Positions 1-9,842 of a stretch of 60,149 nucleotides of DNA are shown here, piece after piece. Location: the IMG/VR virus record IMGVR_UViG_3300033273_000263, positions 1-60,149 of that record; one strand, given 5' to 3'. A model generated the notes under the pieces. That model had not been told where the DNA came from, made no database searches, and saw only the letters and a program-made list of their open reading frames with translations. Origin of the DNA: a virus. Lineage: Duplodnaviria; Caudoviricetes. Made by a program: the position numbers and the translations under genes. Position 1 is the stretch's first letter; every line of letters starts with the position of its first letter.

Positions 1-334
1 AGTTGTTACTTACCGTATGGTACACTCCACGGTGACCGACAGGAAAATACTTCTGATCTGCAAGAAAGACTTTGACACCAATCTCTTTGAAAGACATCAT
101 CATATTGTTGAACTCTAGAGAATGTGGTGTAAAACTCTCCATATTCTCATAGTTGGATGAGATATCCAATAAAGTATGAACTTCTTCCACACCATCTGTG
201 CATTCCCTAACGAGCATACACCCCATAGCATCGTAGGTAAAATACCCTTTAGTGATCTTGTCTTCGTTTGCAAGCGCAACACCTGCAAGTCCAATAGACA
301 AAGAGGCAAAAATTGCGGGAATCAATCGTTTCAT
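1..334 (-). CDS. Conserved cyanophage hypothetical protein with signal peptide (partial, runs off window start)
   Basis: Manual translation from ATG at 334: MKRLIPAIFASLSIGLAGVALANEDKITKGYFTYDAMGCMLVREC...; open to the window edge; not in the ORF track. Confidence 0.75.
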   Translation of the reverse strand, partial: MKRLIPAIFASLSIGLAGVALANEDKITKGYFTYDAMGCMLVRECTDGVEEVHTLLDISSNYENMESFTPHSLEFNNMMMSFKEIGVKVFLADQKYFPVGHRGVYHTVSNN

Positions 335-350
335 AATAAATTGCGACGAA

Positions 351-422
351 TGGGAGATGAGGGGATCGAACCCCCGACAATCTCGGTGTAAACGAGGTGC
401 TCTACCGCTGAGCTAATCTCCC
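351..422 (-). tRNA. tRNA-Val(TAC)
   Basis: GGGAGATTAGCTCAGCGGTAGAGCACCTCGTTTACACCGAGATTGTCGGGGGTTCGATCCCCTCATCTCCCA: cloverleaf, TAC anticodon, GTTCGA T-loop; CCA not encoded. Confidence 0.95.
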
Positions 423-983
423 CTATGAATAAGAGATCCACCCAGTAGCGATCATCTTCTCTTCATTTGGTGCTCGTAGACCGTGATGGGTATGTGTCCA
501 GTCTACAGGCCAAAAGAGTGTTAGACCCTTCTGAGGTTTCACTTTGTAATCTTGGTGGATCCAATATGTTTCACCACCTTCTTCGACAGTATTTAGATAA
601 GTCATCCAGGCAAGATGTCTGAATGAAGTTACCTTGTTAGATCCTGTCCGTTCACAATGTGGGTGATGAAAACCACCCGTTCCTTTAGGGTACCATTGAA
701 TGTTAAATGGTTCATCTAACTCCATAGGTTCCATAGCAGCATATGGATATTTTGCTAGATAATCATCTAACAAAATTTGGAGTTCTTGTAGGAAATTGCG
801 TACTCTACTGTCATTGATGTAGACAGGTACTGCCATATCAACAGAATTTTTAACTGATTTGTTGATTCCTCCAGAGAACTCCCCACTAACTTTTTTTAGG
901 AAGGTACAATTATCCCAGAATTCAATTAAATTGTCAATAGTCTCATTGGAGATTGTACCTCCACTAATAAAGTCAGTCTTCAT
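423..983 (-). CDS. 2OG-Fe(II) oxygenase (prolyl-hydroxylase-like)
   Basis: HxE (HCE), YLNTVEEGGET, THTHHG and K..ATGW motifs. Confidence 0.85.
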   Translation of the reverse strand: MKTDFISGGTISNETIDNLIEFWDNCTFLKKVSGEFSGGINKSVKNSVDMAVPVYINDSRVRNFLQELQILLDDYLAKYPYAAMEPMELDEPFNIQWYPKGTGGFHHPHCERTGSNKVTSFRHLAWMTYLNTVEEGGETYWIHQDYKVKPQKGLTLFWPVDWTHTHHGLRAPNEEKMIATGWISYS

Positions 984-1185
984 ACATTTTACATTCTAGG
1001 GCAGAAGGGTTCTGGTCACAGTATAGTTCAAGTGCCGTTGGATCGTGATCATCTCCAGGATGATGCTCTTTATATTCCTCCAGATCGTGCAGTTCTTCTT
1101 CGATGTGACGGCGTTGTTGAGGAGAAGTCGTAGGATTGGAAAGGATTTCCCTATCCAGCTCGATGTGCTTGTCGATGTTTTCCAT
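973..1185 (-). CDS. cp12: CP12 Calvin-cycle inhibitor (phage type)
   Basis: C-terminal LELYCDQNPSALECKMYED signature. Confidence 0.92.
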   Translation of the reverse strand: MENIDKHIELDREILSNPTTSPQQRRHIEEELHDLEEYKEHHPGDDHDPTALELYCDQNPSALECKMYED

Positions 1186-2558
1186 CAGAGTATGCTGTCC
1201 TTTGCTAGATTTAAGTAAGAGGTAACTCCCTCAGGTGAATAGGAATGTTTGATTCCTAATACAAGATACTTGCCCGAGTACATTTCGTCAAGCTTAATGC
1301 GTTCATAATCTGCTTGCGATGCTGGAATGTTGACATTGATCACATCACCAGCGCATATACCAGAGTTTCCTGGTATAGCAATGTCCAATTTAATTGCATT
1401 CAATAATTGCCATCTTGACGTACTATAAGCGGATGCAGTCACGGTGTCAAATGTCATATTTGAGGCATTTCCATCAGGATTTGCACTACTCTGGGAGTTT
1501 TTCATCACAGGAAGTGCACGAATTTTAATTCTAGTTGGTTTTGCCTCAGAAAATGAATCAGCACTTGCTCCATAAAAGGGGAATCCCCTATTGAGGTGAT
1601 TGGATAATGACCACACAGAATTGGCACCCATACTAATAGGACCATTTATGGATCCAGAAGGTGCCGAATCTTTGGTACCATCGGATGACTGACCGCCACT
1701 AGGTAGAAATCCAGAAGTCAGTGCTGGCATTGCCAAACCAATAGTCACGCTACTGTACATACCAGAGCGCATTCTTTCCAGATTGTTGGCACGATCTGGA
1801 TAGTTGATACTCTGAATTTTGTAACCATTGACATCACCTGTATTGCCGACGTTTGCCTGCTCATATGTGAAAGACTTTGGATTATTAAATGATGGATTCG
1901 ACCCAGAACACAGATAATCCATCGTACAGAAGTTGGTACCTCTATACGTCTCCCAATAAAGGTATCCAGGTCTACCTGAAGATCCACCAACAATCTTATC
2001 GGAAATATACCCAATACAGTCAAATGCTCTCCAGGAAGGAGAGATGAAATTGAAGTTACCTCTTGCTTCTTCCCATCTCTCGTGCTTTACCTGTCTCTTG
2101 AGATACTTTTTCTCAATTTCAGAGATTGCCTGGGATCCAGGTATATCAGAGAATGACTTAAATACGCGATTTGACTCATTATATGCACCACCAGGAGATA
2201 TGGTGTAGAGCATATAAGTTTGTGCTCTTTCCGTTTTGGTTACTTCACCAATTTTGAAAACCTTTTGAATAACATTGATTTCGTCTTCTGGAGCAGTATC
2301 AGTTGCCATAACCAACTTGACATATTCATTACCAGTCAAGAGTGTATTCAAATCGATCGTATCGAAGATCACCATTTCCATTCTGATGATCGGAGACTCC
2401 ACAGATTCATAATAATTAAAAGCAGAGCACATACCCTTCAGGTCATATGCTTTTTCTCCAGAAAACTTAAGACCAGACAGATCTTCATCAGGCGAAAGAT
2501 CGCGATCTAACGCCAACAGAGTAAATTCCTTTATATTATATCCTTTAGGTTGTGCCAT
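1185..2558 (-). CDS. Baseplate hub protein, gp27/late-control-D-like
   Basis: YYES..SP N-terminus, IPGN...AGDVI and SGKYLV..IKH C-terminus typical of hub proteins; position after tape-measure-like genes. Confidence 0.55.
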   Translation of the reverse strand: MAQPKGYNIKEFTLLALDRDLSPDEDLSGLKFSGEKAYDLKGMCSAFNYYESVESPIIRMEMVIFDTIDLNTLLTGNEYVKLVMATDTAPEDEINVIQKVFKIGEVTKTERAQTYMLYTISPGGAYNESNRVFKSFSDIPGSQAISEIEKKYLKRQVKHERWEEARGNFNFISPSWRAFDCIGYISDKIVGGSSGRPGYLYWETYRGTNFCTMDYLCSGSNPSFNNPKSFTYEQANVGNTGDVNGYKIQSINYPDRANNLERMRSGMYSSVTIGLAMPALTSGFLPSGGQSSDGTKDSAPSGSINGPISMGANSVWSLSNHLNRGFPFYGASADSFSEAKPTRIKIRALPVMKNSQSSANPDGNASNMTFDTVTASAYSTSRWQLLNAIKLDIAIPGNSGICAGDVINVNIPASQADYERIKLDEMYSGKYLVLGIKHSYSPEGVTSYLNLAKDSIL

Positions 2559-4936
2559 TAGAAGAAGTTACTTAATACAGTGGTACCCTCATTGAGGAAA
2601 CCAAATCGAGATTGCAAGAACTGATTAGCAGGATTTTGCTTGCCAGGGATGACAATAGGAGTTTCATCTCCACCGCCTCCGCCAACACCAGGCATTTCAA
2701 TAACATCAAGAACAATAGTCTGAACTTGCTTGCTGAGTTCCTGTGCCTCTACAATATCAGTTGCATCTTGAACCTTCTCGAAGAGATCCATAATCATAGC
2801 ACCAGTGCCAACTGCTTGACCGACACCAGGGATCATACTTGCGGCAGGTGCAAGTGATTGCATAACAGGTTTGACTGTACCCATAATACCATCAATACCC
2901 CTACCAACACCCTTGGCAATGCCCTTCAGGAACCCACCAAGACCCATTTCAGGTATCTTACCACCCTCAGACTTCAAATACCCCAGAGACGCTGCCTGTG
3001 CTATCCTGCGACCAGTCAAACCAGGATCTCTACGAGTATGGGGGGTATCAAAGGGTATTACAAAACCCCCAGAGGATCTTTGTGCGACATATTCAGTTCC
3101 GTGCCCAATAAAGTCTACGCCCTTACCTGTCAGCGATACAGGGTACCCTGACTGAGGTCCACGAATCCATCCACCCTTGCTTCTACCACCCTTCATCTTC
3201 TCAAGGACAGCAATGGTATCCTGCCACTTGCGGTGTGCCTTGTTTCTACCGTCACCGTGGTAGTAGGACAAATTATCTGCACCTCTAGGCAGTGCTGCCC
3301 ACTCCATCGACAGGTTCTTAGCAAATCTCTCTGTGGAGATCTTACCAGACATAAAATCGTTCAGTCCACGACGCTTGAGGAGCAGATTGTAGATGTAGTC
3401 CTGTCCATTCTGGTCAAACTTAAATTTCGCAGGATCCTTACCAGCATTCCTCAGAACCTCAGACGCTGTACGCATCTGGATCTGGTAACGACCCATTGCA
3501 AACTGACCACCCCTCTCATTGAGAAGTTGAGTGACCGTCTTTGTGAGGATAGAAGAGTCCTTCTTACCGCCGACCAGTTTGGTGTAGTCATTTCCAGACT
3601 CAACCGCACCGATAAAACTACCCAGGTTAGTAGATGCAGGCATTGCGGTCGCTCTAGCAGGAGCTGCACCAGTTACAACATCAAGGGCAGCACCACCAGC
3701 GGCAGTGAGGTCTTCACGCATATCAGATGACCCATTGACCCACTTTAAGACCTGCGTCAGTCCTTTCAGAAGATAGATCAGCGGTGCAAAGGCAACTTCA
3801 CCCAAGAAAGATGCCACTTGCTTGATTACTGGCATATGTGGAGCAATAAAGTCCACCATCTTCTGAATGGCAGGACCCAGTTCCTCAAAGAATTTCTTAG
3901 TTGCATTCTTGATCGGTTCAAGGAAGGCATTAATCCCTTCCATTAGTTGCCCGAAAAACTCGCTTAGGGGTTCGATCAGGTCTTTAACAACAGGACCCAG
4001 GAACTTACCTGCGTGTTCACCAAGGAACCCACCCAGTGCGTTACCAATCAGTCCACCGATAGGACCAGCAACTGCGTTACCTATCTGTGCAAGTGCTACA
4101 CCACCAACAGTGGTACCTACGCCAGCACCGATTGCTGCAGACTGACGGTCTTCCTCATCAATAGACTCATCATTTAGGGTACGTTGATATGCTGCATACC
4201 CTTGAGCAGCAGCAACGACGGTCTGACCGATGACATTGCTACCCAGGAACTTACCAAGGTTGAGGATACCTCCCCCAACCATACCCAAGAGTCTACCGAA
4301 GTTGGCAATGGTACCAATCGGATTCTTAAGGAATGAGAGACCAACCAGGGCAGCAGCACCTACACCAACCAGTTTTAGTGCACCCTTTACCCTCTCTTGC
4401 CACGTCTTATCTTTACCGAATGCCTGTTCCCAAGCACCACCAATAAATCCAGTAAGTCTCTGGAAAAACGCTACCGTTGCCTTAAAAAATGCACCTAGTC
4501 GTTCAAATGTTGTCTGTATTGCTCGTTTATTCTTCGGATCCGCTAACCAGTCCAACGCTGCAACAAACAGCATAGACTTGAGGAATTTACCCAACCACTC
4601 CAGGAACGATGGTGCTGCAGCAGAGATAACACTACCAAGTTTCTCCCCAATGTTACCACCACGTCCACCTTCGATTCTATCCTCTAATGCCTTATCCTTT
4701 GCCAGTTGCTGTCTCTTCTTCTGGTCTTGCATCTGCTGTCTTACAGCGTTCTGCTGCTTAGTCAGCATTATACCGATGCTGTTGACCGTAGCACCAAGGG
4801 AATTAATTGCACTTAATGTTGGCGCGAAACTTGCACCAGCAATCTGCTTATCACCAACGGTTATGGTAGCTCCAGAGTCCTTTGGTGCTGTGACAAACTT
4901 ATAGAATCTAATTTTAGGACTTGCTGCAGTTGCCAT
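2558..4936 (-). CDS. Tape-measure-like virion protein with lysozyme-like domain
   Basis: Long amphipathic/Gly-zipper helical region; IGAVESGNDY...AMGRYQI...EWAALP lysozyme motifs. Confidence 0.7.
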   Translation of the reverse strand: MATAASPKIRFYKFVTAPKDSGATITVGDKQIAGASFAPTLSAINSLGATVNSIGIMLTKQQNAVRQQMQDQKKRQQLAKDKALEDRIEGGRGGNIGEKLGSVISAAAPSFLEWLGKFLKSMLFVAALDWLADPKNKRAIQTTFERLGAFFKATVAFFQRLTGFIGGAWEQAFGKDKTWQERVKGALKLVGVGAAALVGLSFLKNPIGTIANFGRLLGMVGGGILNLGKFLGSNVIGQTVVAAAQGYAAYQRTLNDESIDEEDRQSAAIGAGVGTTVGGVALAQIGNAVAGPIGGLIGNALGGFLGEHAGKFLGPVVKDLIEPLSEFFGQLMEGINAFLEPIKNATKKFFEELGPAIQKMVDFIAPHMPVIKQVASFLGEVAFAPLIYLLKGLTQVLKWVNGSSDMREDLTAAGGAALDVVTGAAPARATAMPASTNLGSFIGAVESGNDYTKLVGGKKDSSILTKTVTQLLNERGGQFAMGRYQIQMRTASEVLRNAGKDPAKFKFDQNGQDYIYNLLLKRRGLNDFMSGKISTERFAKNLSMEWAALPRGADNLSYYHGDGRNKAHRKWQDTIAVLEKMKGGRSKGGWIRGPQSGYPVSLTGKGVDFIGHGTEYVAQRSSGGFVIPFDTPHTRRDPGLTGRRIAQAASLGYLKSEGGKIPEMGLGGFLKGIAKGVGRGIDGIMGTVKPVMQSLAPAASMIPGVGQAVGTGAMIMDLFEKVQDATDIVEAQELSKQVQTIVLDVIEMPGVGGGGGDETPIVIPGKQNPANQFLQSRFGFLNEGTTVLSNFF

Positions 4937-7191
4937 TATCTAATGCCTGCTCCAGTATTTGAGTATTGGACATTCGCACCGCCTCCAGAGTTGGATGCAG
5001 GTCTAACAATGGGTTGTACAACAACAGGTTGTGCTCCTGTTGTTCTCCTCTTGGGCGTAGGTGGCGGAGGAGATGTCGTATTATTATCAGTATTTATCGT
5101 TGCTACTGGATCGGGTGGGGTGTTAACAACCCTGTTCTCTGCCTTGTTTGGTGTGCCGAACAGGTGAGGATAAATGTTATGAGGACTGAGATCTCCACCT
5201 TTACCTTGCTTGTAGACTTCCAGGTGCAGGTGTGTGTTAGCAATATCACGACCAACACGTCTCATATCGACGAGTTTACCAATTTTTTGTCCTGCCTCAA
5301 CACGATCCCCAGGTTTTACGCTAGGCATCATATGAACATATCTCTGATCATATCCATCATCACCCTTAATCATCATACCAGAGAGATAGTTCAAGGTACC
5401 AAGGAACTTCTCTGCCAATACAGTACCACCAACCATCGCGACCACATCGATCGCTGGATCAACACCAAAAGGAGGTTTCTCAGTCAGGTCAATGCCAGCG
5501 TGAGCACCTCTAGATGCATTGGGGTGAGTTCTGTGGTATTGGTTTGCCTGACCAGCAAATCTACCTCTAGGCAGAGGGAAGATCGTGCTACCTTTACCAC
5601 CCTTACTAGGTCCACGGACCTTCAATTCCTCTAGCACCTGAGTGCTGGTCATTACTGCCTTCTGCTGTCTCTTCTTCTTCTCTTCAAGTTCTCTAATATG
5701 TCTTTGCTCAGCAGCAATTCTATTCTCTACAGTGTTTACACCAAAGTCAGCGTGATCACCATAATAGATGCGAGCATCTCTACCGTGTTTTGCCTGGTGC
5801 CTCTGCAGGAAGGCTAGTTTCTCCTGTGCTTTTTTAATTTCATTGTCGGTACCAGTTACAGCCCTTTCAGCCTGACGCTTCTCTCTTTCTGCAGTTGCCC
5901 TCTCGTCTTCGAGACCAAACACATTAGCAACAGCACCAAGAGTATCTCCAGCACTCTGCATCAACTCCATACCACCATTGATCCAACTCTGAAGAGTTGC
6001 CAAGGCACCCTGAACCCAAGGAGAGTTCAGCATATCAATCATACCCTGAATTGCTGAGTCAGCAATAGGTTTCAAGAAGTCTCCGATCATCACGAAGACT
6101 GGTACCATCTCATCCCAGAGACCAACGAATGCGTCTACAACAGGAGAGATGAATGACTGGAATGCTGGCCAAGCAATCTCCAAGAAGTAATTCTTGAGAG
6201 GTTCTAAGATGGGTGTGATACTGTCACCAATGAAAGCACCAACCTTCTCACCCAGGAATGATCCCAGGAACTGACCGACGATGGGACCAAACGGACCCAG
6301 GATAGGTGTCAGCAGAGCAGACATTGCAAGACCGCCGATGACGGCACCCGCACCTGCACCTACAGCAGTCTCTACCTTGTCACCCTGTGCCAGTCTGGTA
6401 GCAGTTGACGCAACACCAGCAATGACAGAGATACCACCACCTTTGAGGAACTTACCAGCACCTGCCTTGAGTCTCCTCATCCTACGGATATGGGCAATGC
6501 GTGCTGCTCTTGCTTTTACTGCCTTCTTATGTAATTGCTTGGGCGATGAGTTCTTCCTCATCGAGTTGCCCAAGAAACTAATCAGTCTCTGAGCATCACC
6601 AATAAGTTTCCAGGGTTTTAATATCCTATCTGCTACCACCAGCGTGGCGAGACCACCTACTATCTTCAGTGCTCCCATCAGGAGACTCTCTTCCCCAAAG
6701 GCACCTAGCAATAGGTTGACTGAGGTTTGTACTACGCTCCACAACGTAGACACCCACGCAGTAATTATCTTTATGCCCGTCTTGATTATACCTTTGTTCT
6801 TTGGATCGCTGAGGAAGTCTAGTACAAACCAAGTTGCAACAGACTTTACCAACCACATAAATGGTTGAAGCAACTTTTCCAACCAGGTCAGTTTCATTCC
6901 AGTTGGTTTTGCCTCAGCACCTTTATCTAAGTCTTTACCTTTTACGTTACCCTTCTCTAGTCTATCTTCTAACGCTTTATCTCTCTTCAGTTGCTCTTGC
7001 TGAGCAGTTACTCCACCAGTCAGTAGTTCTTGATTAAATGCCATTTGACTGGCAAGGATGTTACCAATATCCTCCACAACAAAACCCATCCTAGTCACTG
7101 CTGTAGTCATTGCAGAGATGGGATTAGAAGTACCACCTCCCGTCTTTGGGGGGAGGAAGGATCTAATTTTTATGGGTTTTGTTGTTGCCAT
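4936..7191 (-). CDS. Tape-measure-like virion protein with M23 peptidase domain
   Basis: Helical/Gly-zipper region; HAGID, YVHM and HLHLEV M23 motifs. Confidence 0.7.
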   Translation of the reverse strand: MATTKPIKIRSFLPPKTGGGTSNPISAMTTAVTRMGFVVEDIGNILASQMAFNQELLTGGVTAQQEQLKRDKALEDRLEKGNVKGKDLDKGAEAKPTGMKLTWLEKLLQPFMWLVKSVATWFVLDFLSDPKNKGIIKTGIKIITAWVSTLWSVVQTSVNLLLGAFGEESLLMGALKIVGGLATLVVADRILKPWKLIGDAQRLISFLGNSMRKNSSPKQLHKKAVKARAARIAHIRRMRRLKAGAGKFLKGGGISVIAGVASTATRLAQGDKVETAVGAGAGAVIGGLAMSALLTPILGPFGPIVGQFLGSFLGEKVGAFIGDSITPILEPLKNYFLEIAWPAFQSFISPVVDAFVGLWDEMVPVFVMIGDFLKPIADSAIQGMIDMLNSPWVQGALATLQSWINGGMELMQSAGDTLGAVANVFGLEDERATAEREKRQAERAVTGTDNEIKKAQEKLAFLQRHQAKHGRDARIYYGDHADFGVNTVENRIAAEQRHIRELEEKKKRQQKAVMTSTQVLEELKVRGPSKGGKGSTIFPLPRGRFAGQANQYHRTHPNASRGAHAGIDLTEKPPFGVDPAIDVVAMVGGTVLAEKFLGTLNYLSGMMIKGDDGYDQRYVHMMPSVKPGDRVEAGQKIGKLVDMRRVGRDIANTHLHLEVYKQGKGGDLSPHNIYPHLFGTPNKAENRVVNTPPDPVATINTDNNTTSPPPPTPKRRTTGAQPVVVQPIVRPASNSGGGANVQYSNTGAGIR

Positions 7192-7388
7192 TAAAGTGAC
7201 TGACCTTTGGACGCTGCCCTTTGACGGGACTCCTCTTCACGCAAATGACGAATCAGCATATTAACGTACACGTCCCGCTCCCACGGCATCATATTCTCCA
7301 ACTCAGTTAGACTGTATTTGTGATGTTGCATCAATGCAAAGTTCACTTCAAACAGATTGATCAGAGAATCGTGGGCGAGGGCTACGCG
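7191..7388 (-). CDS. gp51: Baseplate hub assembly catalyst gp51 (open frame with no upstream start; first ATG at 7331; probably reached by -1 frameshift)
   Basis: Manual translation RVALAHDSLINLFEVNFALMQHHKYSLTELENMMPWERDVYVNMLIRHLREEESRQRAASKGQSL*; NF.LMQHHKYSL.E.ENM.PWER gp51 signature; stop overlaps next ATG (TAATG). Confidence 0.85.
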   Translation of the reverse strand, partial: RVALAHDSLINLFEVNFALMQHHKYSLTELENMMPWERDVYVNMLIRHLREEESRQRAASKGQSL

Positions 7389-8092
7389 AAAAAAGCTGCC
7401 ATCCCCTCAAGAACGACTTCACTCTTCACTTCGGTCTTCGGATTGAACACCTCAATAGTATGCTTAAGTTTAGGCATACTCTCAAAGAAACCTTGCACCT
7501 TCTGGAACTGAGTGGAGTTCATACCTTCAAAGAACTCAATGAGTTCTGCTTTCTTGTATGCTTTTGCGTCTTCAACGTCTTCACCATTGGCAATTTGGTC
7601 TACGCAATCAGCAGCAAGTTGGAAGATGTCTTCCAGACCAGGATTCTCAGAGAGGTTAGTCTTAACGAAGGTATCGATGGAAGGATACTTCATAACCAAG
7701 GTAACCTCGTCAGTGATCTTGACTTTGTTACTATGATTATCAGGTACCTGCACTTCAACCTCGTCAAGGTTTACTTCAACATCAACCAGTGTTTCACCGT
7801 CGTCAGGGCAGGTGAGTTTGAACTCACTAATTTCACCGACAGACTTAGCACGAATCTTCAGGAACAGATATTCAATATCAAAGGTAGCAAGGGTATCTAC
7901 CTTCTTCACACTGGTACAATTTTTGATAATCTCTTTAACTGCTTTGACCATCTCTTTCTGATCGCCAGTCTCCATTGCAACGTAAAGCAATTTCTCTTCA
8001 CGAACTAGAAAAGGACGGTACGTTACCTTCTGACCGAAGGGCAGTACACATTCATACTCAGGCACCACCAGTGTGGGCAAAGGCATAGGCAT
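7382..8092 (-). CDS. gp26: Baseplate hub subunit gp26
   Basis: MPLPTL..P.Y, YRPFLVREEK, FDIEYLFLKIRAKSVGE, MKYP, C-terminal EG...FF. Confidence 0.9.
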   Translation of the reverse strand: MPMPLPTLVVPEYECVLPFGQKVTYRPFLVREEKLLYVAMETGDQKEMVKAVKEIIKNCTSVKKVDTLATFDIEYLFLKIRAKSVGEISEFKLTCPDDGETLVDVEVNLDEVEVQVPDNHSNKVKITDEVTLVMKYPSIDTFVKTNLSENPGLEDIFQLAADCVDQIANGEDVEDAKAYKKAELIEFFEGMNSTQFQKVQGFFESMPKLKHTIEVFNPKTEVKSEVVLEGMAAFFA

Positions 8093-8128
8093 AATTTTAA
8101 GACCAATTCAGTTGTAACTATTTAGAGA

Positions 8129-8938
8129 CTATCTGAAGATGCTACTCAAACTATCAGCAACGTCCGAAATAGCATTGATAGTTCTATCAACTCCAGCAAG
8201 AGTGTTGTTGATACTATTGAAAATATTTGTGTTAGATGTTGATGGTGCTCCACCAACAGGTTGGTTGTACAAGTCTGGTACTGCACCCTCAGTAATGATA
8301 TCTTCTGTCCAATCACCTTGACTCTTGATGGTGGTACCCATACGGAAACGCTCAACATAGAACTGAACATCCAGTTTCATCAGGTTTGTCTGTTCGTTGT
8401 TGAATGTCATTGCTCCCACATTGTATGGGAAGCAACCAACTGCTCTCCACTGTGCCGTAATTTTATTGTGTCTGATGCTCTGAACACCACGCTCAGTATC
8501 AAAGGTTCTGGTCACCAGGTTAGATCCAGGTTCCCACTTGTTGATGATAATATCAGTCACATAGTTATCATAGAAGAGACTTCTATTCTCAGTGTCTCTA
8601 GAGATAGTATTGATCCATCTCTCAAAGAACGATCTGTGCCACTGATTCTTTGTGACGAGGAAGGAGATCGTAAGTTCTTGGGGAGTCTGCTGCGTTGCAT
8701 ACCTTCTCATCGTACCGAAGTTAGTAACCTCACCTGTCATCAAATTACGAGAGGGTACCTGTACACTGTCAGCGAAGTAATCGATTGCTTCAAAGACACC
8801 CTGCGGACCACCGTATTCCCAAATGATCCCGCGTGCAAACTGGGGAATACCCATCTGCACACTAAACATATTAGAGCGAGATGGTTCATACTGACCAGTC
8901 GCAACCAGGTTCTTAAATCTTGTGAATGAGATTGACAT
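8129..8938 (-). CDS. Baseplate/tail-tube initiator (gp54/gp19-like)
   Basis: SRSNMF.V, V.VP.R, FFERW.N.I, FP..VG tail-tube-fold motifs; position between gp2 and gp26. Confidence 0.55.
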   Translation of the reverse strand: MSISFTRFKNLVATGQYEPSRSNMFSVQMGIPQFARGIIWEYGGPQGVFEAIDYFADSVQVPSRNLMTGEVTNFGTMRRYATQQTPQELTISFLVTKNQWHRSFFERWINTISRDTENRSLFYDNYVTDIIINKWEPGSNLVTRTFDTERGVQSIRHNKITAQWRAVGCFPYNVGAMTFNNEQTNLMKLDVQFYVERFRMGTTIKSQGDWTEDIITEGAVPDLYNQPVGGAPSTSNTNIFNSINNTLAGVDRTINAISDVADSLSSIFR

Positions 8939-9402
8939 TAAGCAAACCGATAGACTAATTTAGATGGAACATCTATGTTCCTGCCGTTCACTGTACTTAC
9001 AAACTGTTCACAGGGTATCAAACCCACATCAGACCACTCAGAAATCGGCACGTCAAATGTAGGTGAGAGTACATTAGAGCGTAAGTATTTATGGTAAGTA
9101 ACGGGAGGTATGTCAAGTACACCTCCTTGCAGGGACTCACCCAGTCCTGTACGCCCTGCAGGTGGTAAGTAGTGAAGGTTTGCACCCCAGAATCTAGTAC
9201 CATCTTCACCTAGCACATACACCAGAGGATATCTATCCCAGAACTGCATTCTCTCACCATAGGTAGCATTATACCTGAAGAAGACCATCTTCCCCGCCTG
9301 AGGGACACCTGCTTGCAATGCGTACTGAAAGTTACTACGCCACCACTCTCTTTTCTGAGACTTGCCGTCAGATAGATCTCGGATGTCTTCAAACAGACTC
9401 AT
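8938..9402 (-). CDS. gp2: DNA end protector protein gp2
   Basis: FF.Y.A, WDRYPLV, GANLHYLPP motifs. Confidence 0.8.
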   Translation of the reverse strand: MSLFEDIRDLSDGKSQKREWWRSNFQYALQAGVPQAGKMVFFRYNATYGERMQFWDRYPLVYVLGEDGTRFWGANLHYLPPAGRTGLGESLQGGVLDIPPVTYHKYLRSNVLSPTFDVPISEWSDVGLIPCEQFVSTVNGRNIDVPSKLVYRFA

Positions 9403-9842
9403 ACTAGCAGTTCCTTTTCTGTGAGGACTAAAAATTTCATTCTTCTGTCATTACAATACTCTCTTGCTGCTCTCCACTTCGCTTGATTGACAGCATAGGT
9501 TTTGATCTCATTCAGGTAAGTCTTAGTTACCTTAGACTTTTTCTTCGGTTCCTTAGTCTGCGCGAGTGGTTTAACTTCAATAATGAACTTCTCAGTCCTT
9601 CCACTCCTGGTCCTTGCTCTGACATAGAAGTCTGGAAAATAGCGATGAACCCTACTATCAACAGGGCTAATATAGGGGATAATAATTTCCTCACTGCCCC
9701 ACTCAACGACGTTTTCATTTCGATCACACCATACCATAAGTTTTCGTTCCCACAAAGACCTATAAATAATGTTTGTAGGATCTCCTTTGTATTTGCCTGG
9801 GTTGCTGGGTTTGAACTTTCCTGAATAACTTTTCTGAGGCAT
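9399..9842 (-). CDS. gp4: Head completion nuclease gp4
   Basis: KYKGD...I.YRSLWE, W.SEE..IPY, HRYFPDF, IEVKP, NQAKW.AA. Confidence 0.93.
   Translation of the reverse strand: MPQKSYSGKFKPSNPGKYKGDPTNIIYRSLWERKLMVWCDRNENVVEWGSEEIIIPYISPVDSRVHRYFPDFYVRARTRSGRTEKFIIEVKPLAQTKEPKKKSKVTKTYLNEIKTYAVNQAKWRAAREYCNDRRMKFLVLTEKELLV
9761..9768 (+). promoter_or_regulatory. T4-type late promoter (TATAAATA) for gp48-gp53, inside gp4
   Basis: Exact TATAAATA about 75 nt upstream of the gp48 ATG. Confidence 0.75.

Noticed and set aside
176-391. 71-aa + strand ORF
   Set aside because: Antisense to the real partial CDS and overlaps tRNA-Val
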